From contig CAZJSP010000003.1 in the NCBI GenBank assembly GCA_964548875.1, positions 1 to 35,942 of the forward strand: a stretch of DNA of 35,942 bases, read 5' to 3'. The notes under the pieces are model-generated. The model ran no database searches. It was not told where the DNA came from and worked only from the letters and a program-made list of their open reading frames with translations. The translations under genes and the position numbers were made by a program. Source of the stretch: an uncultured Candidatus Saccharibacteria bacterium. Its GTDB lineage: Bacteria; Patescibacteriota; Minisyncoccia; Minisyncoccales; JANBVM01. Below, piece after piece: positions 28,296 to 35,942 of the stretch; the first letter of the stretch is position 1, and the number at the start of each line of letters is the position of its first letter.

Positions 28296-28985
28296 GTGAA
28301 AAAATTTTCCAAAATTGAAAAAAAGCTAGGAATTGAATTTGAAAATAAAGATTTGTTAATTCAGGCTTTCACTCATCGTTCCTATCTAAATGAAAATTCT
28401 AATTTTCATCTTTCTCACAATGAAAGATTAGAGTTTTTAGGAGATGCTGTTTTGGAGCTGGTTATTACCTATTATTTATTTAAAAAACACATTGATCAGC
28501 CAGAAGGATTGTTAACTAGTTGGAGGGCAGCTCTTGTCAACACAAGGATTCTTGCTAAAATTGCTCATGAGTTGGATTTCCATAATTTCTTACTTGTTTC
28601 TAAAGGAGGAACAAAAGAAATCAATAATTCAGGAGCTTCTGTTTTAGCCAATACCTTTGAAGCTTTTATTGGAGCATTGTACATAGATCAAGATTATAAT
28701 GCTTGCAAGGAATTTATTAGAAAGCATCTTATTAAGGAATTACCAGAAATAATAGAAAAAAAACTTTACAAAGATGCTAAATCAAAATTTCAGGAAAAGG
28801 CTCAAGAAAAGACAGGAATTACTCCTACTTACAAAATATTAAAAGAAGTGGGGCCTGATCATAGGAAAACTTTTACTTTAGGTGTTTTCTTAGAAAAAAA
28901 ATTAATAGCTAAAGGGAAAGGCTCCTCTAAACAGAGAGCAGAGGAAGTAGCAGCTAAAAAAGCTTTAAAAATTAAAAAATGGTAA
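28296..28985 (+). CDS. rnc: Ribonuclease III (GTG start)
   Basis: THRSY, NERLEFLGDAVL, FEAFIGALY, dsRBD GPDH..F...G.G.SKQ.AE. Confidence 0.97.
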   Translation: MKKFSKIEKKLGIEFENKDLLIQAFTHRSYLNENSNFHLSHNERLEFLGDAVLELVITYYLFKKHIDQPEGLLTSWRAALVNTRILAKIAHELDFHNFLLVSKGGTKEINNSGASVLANTFEAFIGALYIDQDYNACKEFIRKHLIKELPEIIEKKLYKDAKSKFQEKAQEKTGITPTYKILKEVGPDHRKTFTLGVFLEKKLIAKGKGSSKQRAEEVAAKKALKIKKW

Positions 28986-28989
28986 AATT

Positions 28990-29487
28990 ATGTTAGTTAT
29001 TCGCTTATTACGTATCGGTAAAAAAAATCAGCCTTCATTTAAGATGGTTGTAACGGAGAAAAAATCTTCTCCGACTAAAGGAACTTTTATTGAGCAGGTT
29101 GGTTTTTGGAATCCATTAACAAAAGAAAAAAATTTAGAAAAAGAAAGAATTGAATATTGGTTATCGGTTGGAGCTAAACCATCAAATACTGTTTATAACA
29201 TGTTAGTAGAAGATGAAATTATTAAAGGAGAAAAAAGAAAAAAGCATGGTAAGCTTAAAAAGAAAAAAGAGGAAGAGGGTAAAGAAGCTCCAAAAGAAGA
29301 AGTAAAAGAAAAAGTTAAGGAGGAGGAAAAAAAGGCTGAAAAGAAACCAGAAGAAAAAGAAGAAGACAAGAAAGATAAAGAAGCTGAAAAGAAACCAGAA
29401 GAAAAAGAAGAGAAAGACAAAGAGAAAGAAGCTGAAAAGAAACCAGAAGAAACCAAGGAAGAAAATTCAGAGAACAAAAAAGAATAA
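28990..29487 (+). CDS. rpsP: 30S ribosomal protein S16 with a long Glu/Lys C-terminal tail
   Basis: IRLLRIGKKNQP, VGFWNP, YWLSVGAKPS.TV. Confidence 0.95.
   Translation: MLVIRLLRIGKKNQPSFKMVVTEKKSSPTKGTFIEQVGFWNPLTKEKNLEKERIEYWLSVGAKPSNTVYNMLVEDEIIKGEKRKKHGKLKKKKEEEGKEAPKEEVKEKVKEEEKKAEKKPEEKEEDKKDKEAEKKPEEKEEKDKEKEAEKKPEETKEENSENKKE
29335..29452 (+). repeat. 48-bp-period coding repeat in the rpsP tail
   Basis: GCTGAAAAGAAACCAGAAGAAA at 29335, 29383 and 29431 (AEKKPEE). Confidence 0.85.
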
Positions 29488-29492
29488 TTGTC

Positions 29493-29520
29493 TTGACATT
29501 CGACAATTAAGAAATATAAT
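29493..29520 (+). promoter_or_regulatory. Consensus sigma70 promoter for khpA
   Basis: TTGACA-16-TATAAT. Confidence 0.7.
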
Positions 29521-29615
29521 ATTGTTAAGTAGCGTTTGATTCGTTGAGTCTCTTGAATGATTACAACAGATTGAAAGGTCGAGCTACTAAAACTAATTTA
29601 GAAAGAAATATTTAC

Positions 29616-29921
29616 ATGCCACAAGAAGACAAAGAATTTCTTGAATTCTTAATTAAAGCTTTGGTTGATCATCCTGAAGATGTAAAAATTGAAAGGAAGG
29701 TTGATGAAATGGGAGTATTGCTTTCTCTTCAAGTTCACCCAGAAGATATGGGACAGGTTATCGGAAGAGGAGGTTCTACTGCAAAAGCAATCAGAAGCTT
29801 AGTAAGAATTGTTGGACTTAAAAACCACGCTAGGGTAAATCTAAAGATTGAAGAGCCAGAAGGAAAAAGCAAGAAAGAAGATGACTCTTCTGACAAAAGC
29901 TTAGACGATCTTAAGCTGTAA
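29616..29921 (+). CDS. khpA: KH-domain RNA-binding protein KhpA (true start ATG 29616)
   Basis: LVDHPEDV, DMGQVIGRGG.TAKAIR GxxG loop; located between rpsP and trmD. Confidence 0.9.
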   Translation: MPQEDKEFLEFLIKALVDHPEDVKIERKVDEMGVLLSLQVHPEDMGQVIGRGGSTAKAIRSLVRIVGLKNHARVNLKIEEPEGKSKKEDDSSDKSLDDLKL

Positions 29922-29939
29922 GTTAAGTTTACTCTTAAT

Positions 29940-29977
29940 AAAAACAGTGCTATCTTATTAGAATAGGACTGTTTTTA
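29940..29977 (+). terminator. Intrinsic terminator after khpA
   Basis: AAAAACAGT-G-CTAT...ATAG-G-ACTGTTTTT. Confidence 0.6.
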
Positions 29978-29986
29978 ATTTTCATT

Positions 29987-30664
29987 ATGATTCAATTTGA
30001 TATTCTTACAATTTTTCCTGAGATATTTGATCCCTATATTAAAACCAGCTTAATTGGTAAAGCGGTTGAGAAGGGTCTAATTAAGATTAATGTTCATAAC
30101 TTAAGGAAATGGGCAGTTGATGAACATAAGACTGTTGATGATAAGCCTTATGGCGGAGGACTAGGAATGGTTTTTAAGGTAGAGCCAATTTATAGGGCCA
30201 TAGAAAACATCAAAAACAAAAGAATTAAGAAAGAAAACAGAAAAATAATTCTTTTTTCTCCTAGAGGAAAGCTTTTTAATCAAAGAAAAGCAACTTTTTT
30301 AAGTAACAAAAAACAAATTATTTTAATTTGTGGTAGATATGAGGGGGTAGATGAAAGAGTTGCTAAAAAAATTGCTGATTTAGAATTATCAATAGGGGAC
30401 TATGATTTAATGGGGGGAGAGATTCCAGCAATGGCTATTATAGAGTCTGTTTCTAGATTAGTGCCTGGCCTTTTAGGTAAAGAAGAATTTTTAAAAGAAA
30501 GACAAAAAAACAATAGTTTTATTGAATACCCCCAATATACAAGACCTGAAATTTTTACAACTAAAAATAATAAAAAATGGAGAGTGCCAAAAGTTCTTCT
30601 TTCTGGAGATCATAAAAAAATCAAGGAGTGGAAGGAAAAAAGAGCAAAAAGGATAGGAGAATAA
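29987..30664 (+). CDS. trmD: tRNA (guanine37-N1)-methyltransferase
   Basis: LTIFPE, VDDKPYGGG.GM, CGRYEGVDERV, SIGDY.L.GGE, EYPQYTRP, VPKVLLSGDH. Confidence 0.97.
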   Translation: MIQFDILTIFPEIFDPYIKTSLIGKAVEKGLIKINVHNLRKWAVDEHKTVDDKPYGGGLGMVFKVEPIYRAIENIKNKRIKKENRKIILFSPRGKLFNQRKATFLSNKKQIILICGRYEGVDERVAKKIADLELSIGDYDLMGGEIPAMAIIESVSRLVPGLLGKEEFLKERQKNNSFIEYPQYTRPEIFTTKNNKKWRVPKVLLSGDHKKIKEWKEKRAKRIGE

Positions 30665-30709
30665 TTGATATCTTGAAAAAAATAAAGTAAGATGTTTACA
30701 TAATAAGAA

Positions 30710-30791
30710 GGGTGGTTGGCGGAGCAGCAATCGCATCAGTCTGTAAAACTGACGTCTTCGGACTTCGGGGGTGCAAGTCCCTCACCACCCA
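30710..30791 (+). tRNA. tRNA-Tyr(GTA)
   Basis: GGGTGGT/ACCACCC acceptor stem, TCAGT-CTGTAAA-ACTGA anticodon arm, long variable arm with TTCG loop, discriminator A. Confidence 0.93.
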
Positions 30792-30800
30792 CATTGTAAT

Positions 30801-30874
30801 GCCTGGGTAGCTCAGTCAGTTAGAGCACGTCTTTGGTAAAGACGAGGTCAGCGGTGCAACTCCGCTCTCAGGCT
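30801..30874 (+). tRNA. tRNA-Thr(GGT)
   Basis: GCCTGGG/CTCAGGC acceptor stem, GCTC/GAGC D stem, CGTCT-TTGGTAA-AGACG anticodon arm. Confidence 0.93.
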
Positions 30875-30899
30875 CAGATTATTATTTAATTAATTATTT

Positions 30900-31064
30900 A
30901 TGGCTAAAAAAAGAAAAAAGATTTATGTTAAAATGAAATGTGAAGAATGTAATAGAATAAATTATTTTCTTCATAAGTCAAAAGGTGTTGAAGATAAGTT
31001 AGAACTTAAAAAGTTTTGTAAGTGGTGCAAAAAGCACACCCTTCATAAAGAAACAAAAAAATAA
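30900..31064 (+). CDS. rpmG: 50S ribosomal protein L33 (54 aa, Zn form); not in the ORF track
   Basis: [22 protein letters not shown]...[22 protein letters not shown]. Confidence 0.93.
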   Translation: MAKKRKKIYVKMKCEECNRINYFLHKSKGVEDKLELKKFCKWCKKHTLHKETKK

Positions 31065-31071
31065 TCAAGAT

Positions 31072-31142
31072 GGGGGCGTAATTCAATAGCAGAATATCGG
31101 TCTCCAAAACCGACAATAGGGGTGCAACTCCTCTCGCCCCTG
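31072..31142 (+). tRNA. tRNA-Trp(CCA)
   Basis: GGGGGCG/CGCCCCT acceptor stem, TCGGT-CTCCAAA-ACCGA anticodon arm, discriminator G; follows rpmG as in the canonical gene order. Confidence 0.92.
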
Positions 31143-31156
31143 CTAACATCAATATT

Positions 31157-31462
31157 ATGTTTTTAATTTTAATTTCGGGTTTTGGCGGAGGGGTTGTAAG
31201 AGGACTGGTTGGTTTTATTAAATATCAATTTTCTTACAAAAATGTGGGTTTTAATTTCCCTTATTTTTTAGGAACCTCGTTTATTTCTGGTGTAACAGGC
31301 CTTCTTATCACTTTAGCAATAAAAAGTTTAGGCTTTACCTTGCACGGCACTTTTGACCCAGCCATAGCTTTTATTATTGGATACGCTGGGGGAGATTTTG
31401 TAGAAAATGTCTATAAAATCATTATTAAACAGTCATCTCTATATGAAGAAAATAAGAATTAA
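31157..31462 (+). CDS. Small Gly-rich membrane protein (about 3 TM), function unknown
   Basis: Hydrophobic segments GFGGGVVRGLVG, FISGVTGLLITL, AFIIGYAGGD. Confidence 0.7.
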   Translation: MFLILISGFGGGVVRGLVGFIKYQFSYKNVGFNFPYFLGTSFISGVTGLLITLAIKSLGFTLHGTFDPAIAFIIGYAGGDFVENVYKIIIKQSSLYEENKN

Positions 31463-31480
31463 AAATATCCTTATTTTTTA

Positions 31481-32098
31481 ATGAACAGTTTAATCAATTA
31501 TTTAATTGAGGAAGAACGGCTTAAATCTCCTCATATTATTGAAGCTTTTAAAAAAATTAAAAGGAATGATTTTTTACCTGAAGACATTAAGTTTTTATCT
31601 GAAGAAAAAAAAGCTCTGCCTATAGGCCACAACCAAACAATTTCTCAGCCTCTTGTGGTAGCTTTTATGATAGAAGAATTACAACCTCAAAAAGGAGATA
31701 AAATACTAGACGTAGGTTCTGGTTCAGGATGGACAACAGCTCTTTTATCACAAATTGTGGGATCAGAAGGAAGGGTGATCGCTATTGAGTTAATTCCTGA
31801 ATTAAAAAATTTCGGGGAAAAAAATGTTTCTCATTATAATTTTATTAAAAAAGGGGTTGCAAAATTTATTTGTAAGGACGGATCAAAGGGTTATGAGAAA
31901 GAGGCCCCTTTTGATAAAATACTGGCCTCAGCTTCAGCTCGAAAAATTCCTCAAGCTTGGAAAGAACAATTAAAAATTGGAGGAAAAATTGTTGCTCCTG
32001 TTAAATCTTCTATTTGGGTGGTTACAAAAAATGATAAAAATGATTTTAAGGAAGAAGAGCATTATGGCTTTAGTTTTGTTCCTTTAATTGAAAAATAA
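31481..32098 (+). CDS. pcm: Protein-L-isoaspartate O-methyltransferase
   Basis: PIGHNQTISQP, LDVGSGSGW, DGSKG...APFDKI, QLKIGG, FSFVPL. Confidence 0.93.
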   Translation: MNSLINYLIEEERLKSPHIIEAFKKIKRNDFLPEDIKFLSEEKKALPIGHNQTISQPLVVAFMIEELQPQKGDKILDVGSGSGWTTALLSQIVGSEGRVIAIELIPELKNFGEKNVSHYNFIKKGVAKFICKDGSKGYEKEAPFDKILASASARKIPQAWKEQLKIGGKIVAPVKSSIWVVTKNDKNDFKEEEHYGFSFVPLIEK

Positions 32099-32100
32099 CA

Positions 32101-33141
32101 ATGAAATTTTTTTCAAAGAAATTCTTTGTTCCAATTTTATTAATATTGTTATTTATTGTCAGCCTTTTATTTTTACAAGGATTCTTTTTCCCAAAAGATA
32201 GGGGAGAGGGGTATAATAAATCCTTTACAATAAAAAAAGGAGAAAATGTTTTCACTATCGCTGAAAATCTTTACCAAGAAAAGCTCATTAAGCATCCTAT
32301 TCTTTTTAAATCCTATCTTTTTGTTACCGGTACCAGGGCACAATTACAAGCTGGTTATTACGAGTTAAATTCAAAGATGAGTATTGCAGAGATTGTTCAA
32401 AAAATAATAGCAGGGAAAACAATTAAAATCACAATAACCATCCCTGAGGGGTGGAACTTAAGAAATATTGCATCCTACTTAGAAGAAAATGAGTTTTATG
32501 GAAAAGAAAGCTTTTTTAAAATAACTGGATACCCATTAGTGGGTTATAACTTGGAAGAAGACATTGCTCCTTCTGTTTTTAATTATAGTTTTTTAGAAAG
32601 TAAACCAGAAACAGTGGGCTTAGAAGGATTTATCTTTCCCGATACTTATGAATTAGAAAAGAATTTTGAATTAAAAGATTTTGTAGAAAAGACTCTAATT
32701 AATTTTAATCAGAAATTAAATCAAGATTTAAAAATCGAAATAGAAAATCAAGAAAAAACAATATTTGAAATAATTACAATGGCTTCTTTAATTGAAAGAG
32801 AACTAAGGGGCAGTGAAGAGAGGGAGATTGCTGCAGGAATCCTTTGGAAAAGATTAGACAATAATATAGCATTACAAGTAGATGCCTCTATATTATATTT
32901 AACAGGCCGACGATCAGAAATCTTTAAAACAGATCTTGAAATAGATTCTCCATATAATACCTATAAATACAAAGGTTTACCTTTGGGTCCCATCTGTAAT
33001 CCTGGGATTGATAGTATTAAGGCAGTTATATATCCCATCAAATCAGATTATTGGTATTATTTATCAACTCCAGAAGGAGAAACTATTTTTAGTCGAACCT
33101 TAAAAGAACATAATATTGCAGTAGCAAAACACTTAAAATGA
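32101..33141 (+). CDS. mltG: Endolytic transglycosylase MltG (YceG family)
   Basis: N-terminal TM, TIPEG, LEGFIFPDTY, MASLIERE catalytic Glu, SPYNTY..GLP.GPICNPG. Confidence 0.93.
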   Translation: MKFFSKKFFVPILLILLFIVSLLFLQGFFFPKDRGEGYNKSFTIKKGENVFTIAENLYQEKLIKHPILFKSYLFVTGTRAQLQAGYYELNSKMSIAEIVQKIIAGKTIKITITIPEGWNLRNIASYLEENEFYGKESFFKITGYPLVGYNLEEDIAPSVFNYSFLESKPETVGLEGFIFPDTYELEKNFELKDFVEKTLINFNQKLNQDLKIEIENQEKTIFEIITMASLIERELRGSEEREIAAGILWKRLDNNIALQVDASILYLTGRRSEIFKTDLEIDSPYNTYKYKGLPLGPICNPGIDSIKAVIYPIKSDYWYYLSTPEGETIFSRTLKEHNIAVAKHLK

Positions 33142-33662
33142 AAATTTTAATTATTATAGCCTTTCGTGATTTTCAAGACATAGAATATTTAGTCCTTAAA
33201 AAAGAATTAGAAAGAGAGGGGATTAAAACTGAAACAGTTTCTAATAAAAAGGGGATAGCTGTTGGAGTTTTTGGAGAAACAGTGGAAATTAAAAAAACAA
33301 TATCTGAAATCGATGTTTCCGATTATCATGGAATTGTTTTTGTTGGAGGAGGGGGGTGCTTACCTCACTTGAACAATGAAATTTCTTATCAGATAGCAAG
33401 AGATGCCTCTAAAAAAGACTTATTATTGGCCGCTATTTGTATTGCCCCTGTTATTTTAGCCGAATCAGGAGTACTAAAGAATAAAAAGGCAACTGTTTGG
33501 AGCTCATTAATGGATAGGTTTCCTGTTAGAGCTTTAAAAAAGAATGGAGTAGAATATCAAAAAAAGAATGTTGTTCAGGATGGAAGAACTATCACTGCAA
33601 ATGGTCCCAAATCTGCCTTTTTATTTGCTCACAAAATAATTGAAGTGTTGACAAGAAAATAG
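33138..33662 (+). CDS. DJ-1/PfpI-family protein
   Basis: FQDIEY, FVGGGG, AAICIAP nucleophile elbow, DGRTITANGP. Confidence 0.9.
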   Translation: MKILIIIAFRDFQDIEYLVLKKELEREGIKTETVSNKKGIAVGVFGETVEIKKTISEIDVSDYHGIVFVGGGGCLPHLNNEISYQIARDASKKDLLLAAICIAPVILAESGVLKNKKATVWSSLMDRFPVRALKKNGVEYQKKNVVQDGRTITANGPKSAFLFAHKIIEVLTRK

Positions 33663-33684
33663 AAAAAATATATTATAGTTTTAT

Positions 33685-33761
33685 CCACAGACAACAGGCA
33701 TTTAATTAAGACCTGTCGAGGAAAACGGCTTTTTAATCTGTGGTTTTATCACAGTTTTTTT
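33685..33761 (+). promoter_or_regulatory. Ribosomal protein L10 leader with terminator/antiterminator
   Basis: CCACAGACAACAGG...CCTGTCGAGG resembles the L10-leader AGAC..AGG/CCT..CGAGG core; terminator CTGTGG/TCACAG-T7; CCACAGA can alternatively pair with TCTGTGG. Confidence 0.75.
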
Positions 33762-33768
33762 ATTTAAT

Positions 33769-34287
33769 ATGACAAAAACAAAAAAAGAAAAAGAAATAAT
33801 TGTTGAGGATTTAAATCAAAAAATGAAAAAACAGACAACAATGTTGTTTGTTGATTTTGCTGGATTAAAGGTTCAAGACACATTTAAATTAAGAAGGTCT
33901 TTGGATCAAGCTAATAGTGAATTAAAAATAGCAAAAAAGACATTAATTCAAATTGCTTCTGATAAAAACAATTTAGATGTGAACGTAAAAGAAATGGGAG
34001 GAGAAATAGCTTTAGTTTTTGGTTATGAAGACGAAGTTGCTCCAGCCAAAACAGTCTACAATTTCTCTAAAGAAAATAAAGATTTAAAAATATTAGGGGG
34101 GTTTTTAGAAAATAAATTTCAGGGTTCAGAAAAAATTATTGAATTAGCACAGCTTCCTTCTAAGGAAGAATTGCTAGGCAAATTGGTTGGAAGTGTTTCT
34201 TCCCCAGTTACTGGCCTTGTTAGAAGTTTACAATACAATATTAAAGGTCTATTATTTGCATTAAATGCAATTAAAGAAAATAAATAA
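33769..34287 (+). CDS. rplJ: 50S ribosomal protein L10
   Basis: DFAGLKV, LRR, AKKTL, ILGG, LAQLPSKEELLGKL. Confidence 0.95.
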   Translation: MTKTKKEKEIIVEDLNQKMKKQTTMLFVDFAGLKVQDTFKLRRSLDQANSELKIAKKTLIQIASDKNNLDVNVKEMGGEIALVFGYEDEVAPAKTVYNFSKENKDLKILGGFLENKFQGSEKIIELAQLPSKEELLGKLVGSVSSPVTGLVRSLQYNIKGLLFALNAIKENK

Positions 34288-34307
34288 ATTAATTAATAAA
34301 TAAAAAA

Positions 34308-34853
34308 ATGGCAGAAGAAAATAAAAATAAAGAGGAAGAAAAGAAAGAGGAAAAAGTAGAAGAAAAAAAGGAAGAAAAAAAGGAAGAAAAGAAAGAAGAG
34401 AAAAAGGAAGAGAAGAAAGAAGAGAAGAAAGACGAAAAAGACAAGAAAGAAATAGAGATTCCTCAGAAATTTAAAAAACTTGTTAAAGAAATTGAGGAAA
34501 TGAGTGTTTTAGATCTAGCCGAATTAGTCAAAATTTTAGAAGAAAAATTTGGAGTGTCTGCTACTCCTCAAATTGTTGCTGGTGGGGTTGCTCCTGCTGG
34601 AAATGGAGGGGCGGAAGGAGGTGACGAAGAAAAAAGCAGCTTTAATGTCGTCATTACCGAGGTAGGAGACAAGAAAATTCAGGTTATTAAGGCTATCAGA
34701 GATGCAACTAAGAAAGGATTAAAAGACTCCAAAGACTTAGCTGATTCTATCGCCTCTGAACCTCAAACTATTAAAGAAAATGCCAGTAAAGAAGAGGCTG
34801 AAGAGTTAAAGAAAAAGTTTGAAGAGGCCGGAGCAAAAGTAGAGCTTAAATAA
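34308..34853 (+). CDS. rplL: 50S ribosomal protein L7/L12 with an N-terminal EEKK-repeat extension
   Basis: MSVLDLAELVK.LEEKFGVSA, KIQVIKAIR, GLKDSKDL, EEAGAKVELK. Confidence 0.95.
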   Translation: MAEENKNKEEEKKEEKVEEKKEEKKEEKKEEKKEEKKEEKKDEKDKKEIEIPQKFKKLVKEIEEMSVLDLAELVKILEEKFGVSATPQIVAGGVAPAGNGGAEGGDEEKSSFNVVITEVGDKKIQVIKAIRDATKKGLKDSKDLADSIASEPQTIKENASKEEAEELKKKFEEAGAKVELK

Positions 34854-34862
34854 TGCTTTTTC

Positions 34863-34896
34863 AAAAAACCCCTGGATATTAATCTAGGGGTTTTTT
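34863..34896. terminator. Bidirectional terminator between convergent genes
   Basis: AAAAAACCCCTGGA-loop-TCTAGGGGTTTTTT. Confidence 0.8.
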
Positions 34897-34898
34897 AG

Positions 34899-35942
34899 TT
34901 ATTTTAAATTTATTTGATAAAGAGAGTCTCCGCTTAAAAGATAAATATTTTTTTCATCGTTATCAACGTAAATATCAAGTAAATTATTAAATCTTTTACT
35001 TTTAAATTGCTGAATTATTTCTCCAGACTTATTAATAACAACAACCCTATTTTGATCTGGTTCTAAGATATAAATATAATTTAAATAGGTATTTGTTAAT
35101 ATTTTAGAGTAAGAGATTGGTAAGGGAAAAATCTCTAAATCAATCTTTTTTCTTAAATTACCTGTATAATATTCGTAAATAGAATTATTATTTAAAACCC
35201 ATATTGATTTGTCTATGGTAAAAGATTCAGCTTCTTTGTTCATATCATAATATTCTTCAGACAGTAGCCATTGTTGAGCGTCTCCCCATCTAAAATTACC
35301 TAAAAAGGGATATCTAATAATAGAGCCTGTTTTTTGGTTAAGAAAATAAAGATGACTATGAAAAGTATCAAAATCATCAAAATAAACATCTGGACTATAA
35401 GAACCTAAAGAATAATAAAGAGGGGAATAGTCCTCCAATAATATTAATCGGTCAGGTTCTGAAAAGAAAATTATTGAATCGTTAAAAGAAGCCCCTTCTT
35501 TAATCTTATGATCAGCCTTAATAATACTATCTTCCTTGTCCTGGTTTAAAATAACTATATGATCGTTATCAGGCTTATAAAAATAGAATTTGTTATCTGA
35601 AATTAAAAATTGAGTGGGGGCAAAATTATAATCTGCAAAACTAAAGAAAAGGGTGGGATCTTCTAATATTTGTAGTTTGTTCAAAACGAATAGTTTTTCT
35701 TCAATTTTGCCTTGATGTTCGTGAAGCAATAAAGTAAAAGACTGAGAAAGGCCTTTTGACTTTTCCTCTAGGTTAAAAATTTGTAGCCACAATGACTGAA
35801 ACAAACGATTAATTTCTTTTTCTGAATCTTTATCCTTTTCCTCAAATAAATGATTAGCCTCTATAATCTTCTCTTCTATAAGAACAAACTCTTCTCTATA
35901 ATCTTGAATTTGATTCTTTTTTCTAACGTAAAAGAGTGTAAG
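34899..35942 (-). CDS. Hypothetical protein, 5' truncated, with a probable C-terminal beta-propeller (NHL-like)
   Basis: The frame stays open from the window end to 34899; repeated beta-rich units (LYFLN, IWVLN, IYILEPDQNRVVVI, IYLLSG). Confidence 0.7.
   Translation of the reverse strand, partial: LTLFYVRKKNQIQDYREEFVLIEEKIIEANHLFEEKDKDSEKEINRLFQSLWLQIFNLEEKSKGLSQSFTLLLHEHQGKIEEKLFVLNKLQILEDPTLFFSFADYNFAPTQFLISDNKFYFYKPDNDHIVILNQDKEDSIIKADHKIKEGASFNDSIIFFSEPDRLILLEDYSPLYYSLGSYSPDVYFDDFDTFHSHLYFLNQKTGSIIRYPFLGNFRWGDAQQWLLSEEYYDMNKEAESFTIDKSIWVLNNNSIYEYYTGNLRKKIDLEIFPLPISYSKILTNTYLNYIYILEPDQNRVVVINKSGEIIQQFKSKRFNNLLDIYVDNDEKNIYLLSGDSLYQINLK

Noticed and set aside
29335-29452. Regularly spaced repeats as a CRISPR array
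   Set aside because: They are in-frame coding repeats within rpsP with similar low-complexity spacers, and there are no cas genes in the window.
83-32255. Short track ORFs at 83-265, 4305-4496, 18047-18286, 18819-19010, 19014-19214, 20895-21170, 21772-21966, 23905-24117, 25235-25438, 29193-29477, 29315-29506, 30491-30736 and 32070-32255
   Set aside because: They are antisense or off-frame shadows of well-supported genes with no recognisable motifs; the Phe/Ser-rich ones simply mirror Glu/Lys codons.

Overview
AT-rich bacterial chromosomal segment made up mostly of housekeeping genes. The likely source is a Patescibacteria/Parcubacteria-type (CPR) genome; this is inferred from a short PheT, ThrS without a TGS domain, a DUF5667-like surface protein, no rplA after rplK, and few Shine-Dalgarno sites. 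Order: 3' end of tRNA-Asp; a small accessory patch (HIT gene with an internal TGA, MazG-like NTP pyrophosphatase, GNAT remnant, two unlisted small ORFs, HD hydrolase); obgE-pheS-pheT-gyrB-secE-nusG-rplK running into dCMP deaminase-tmk (internal TAG)-thyX-glyA-gatB; a HAD gene and a frameshifted circularly permuted ATP-grasp gene; a minus-strand block of dnaE (439-aa intein), thrS, a Kazal surface protein and a MiaB-MiaA fusion; rnhB-rpmF-nusB-rnc-rpsP-khpA-trmD; tRNA-Tyr, tRNA-Thr, rpmG, tRNA-Trp; pcm, mltG, PfpI, L10 leader-rplJ-rplL. The most interesting signals are at the RNA level. (1) A complete classical-looking attenuator with a Tyr-rich leaderless leader peptide (MKTRISQKYYYHYNFPLES) precedes the HAD/ATP-grasp locus, and a possible Thr-Thr leader precedes thrS. 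(2) All three complete tRNAs carry A18/G55 in place of the near-universal G18/U55 elbow pair. (3) Two uninterrupted ~25-bp RNA hairpins occur, one directly before rnc. All calls come from reading motifs by eye; no searches or folding programs were run.
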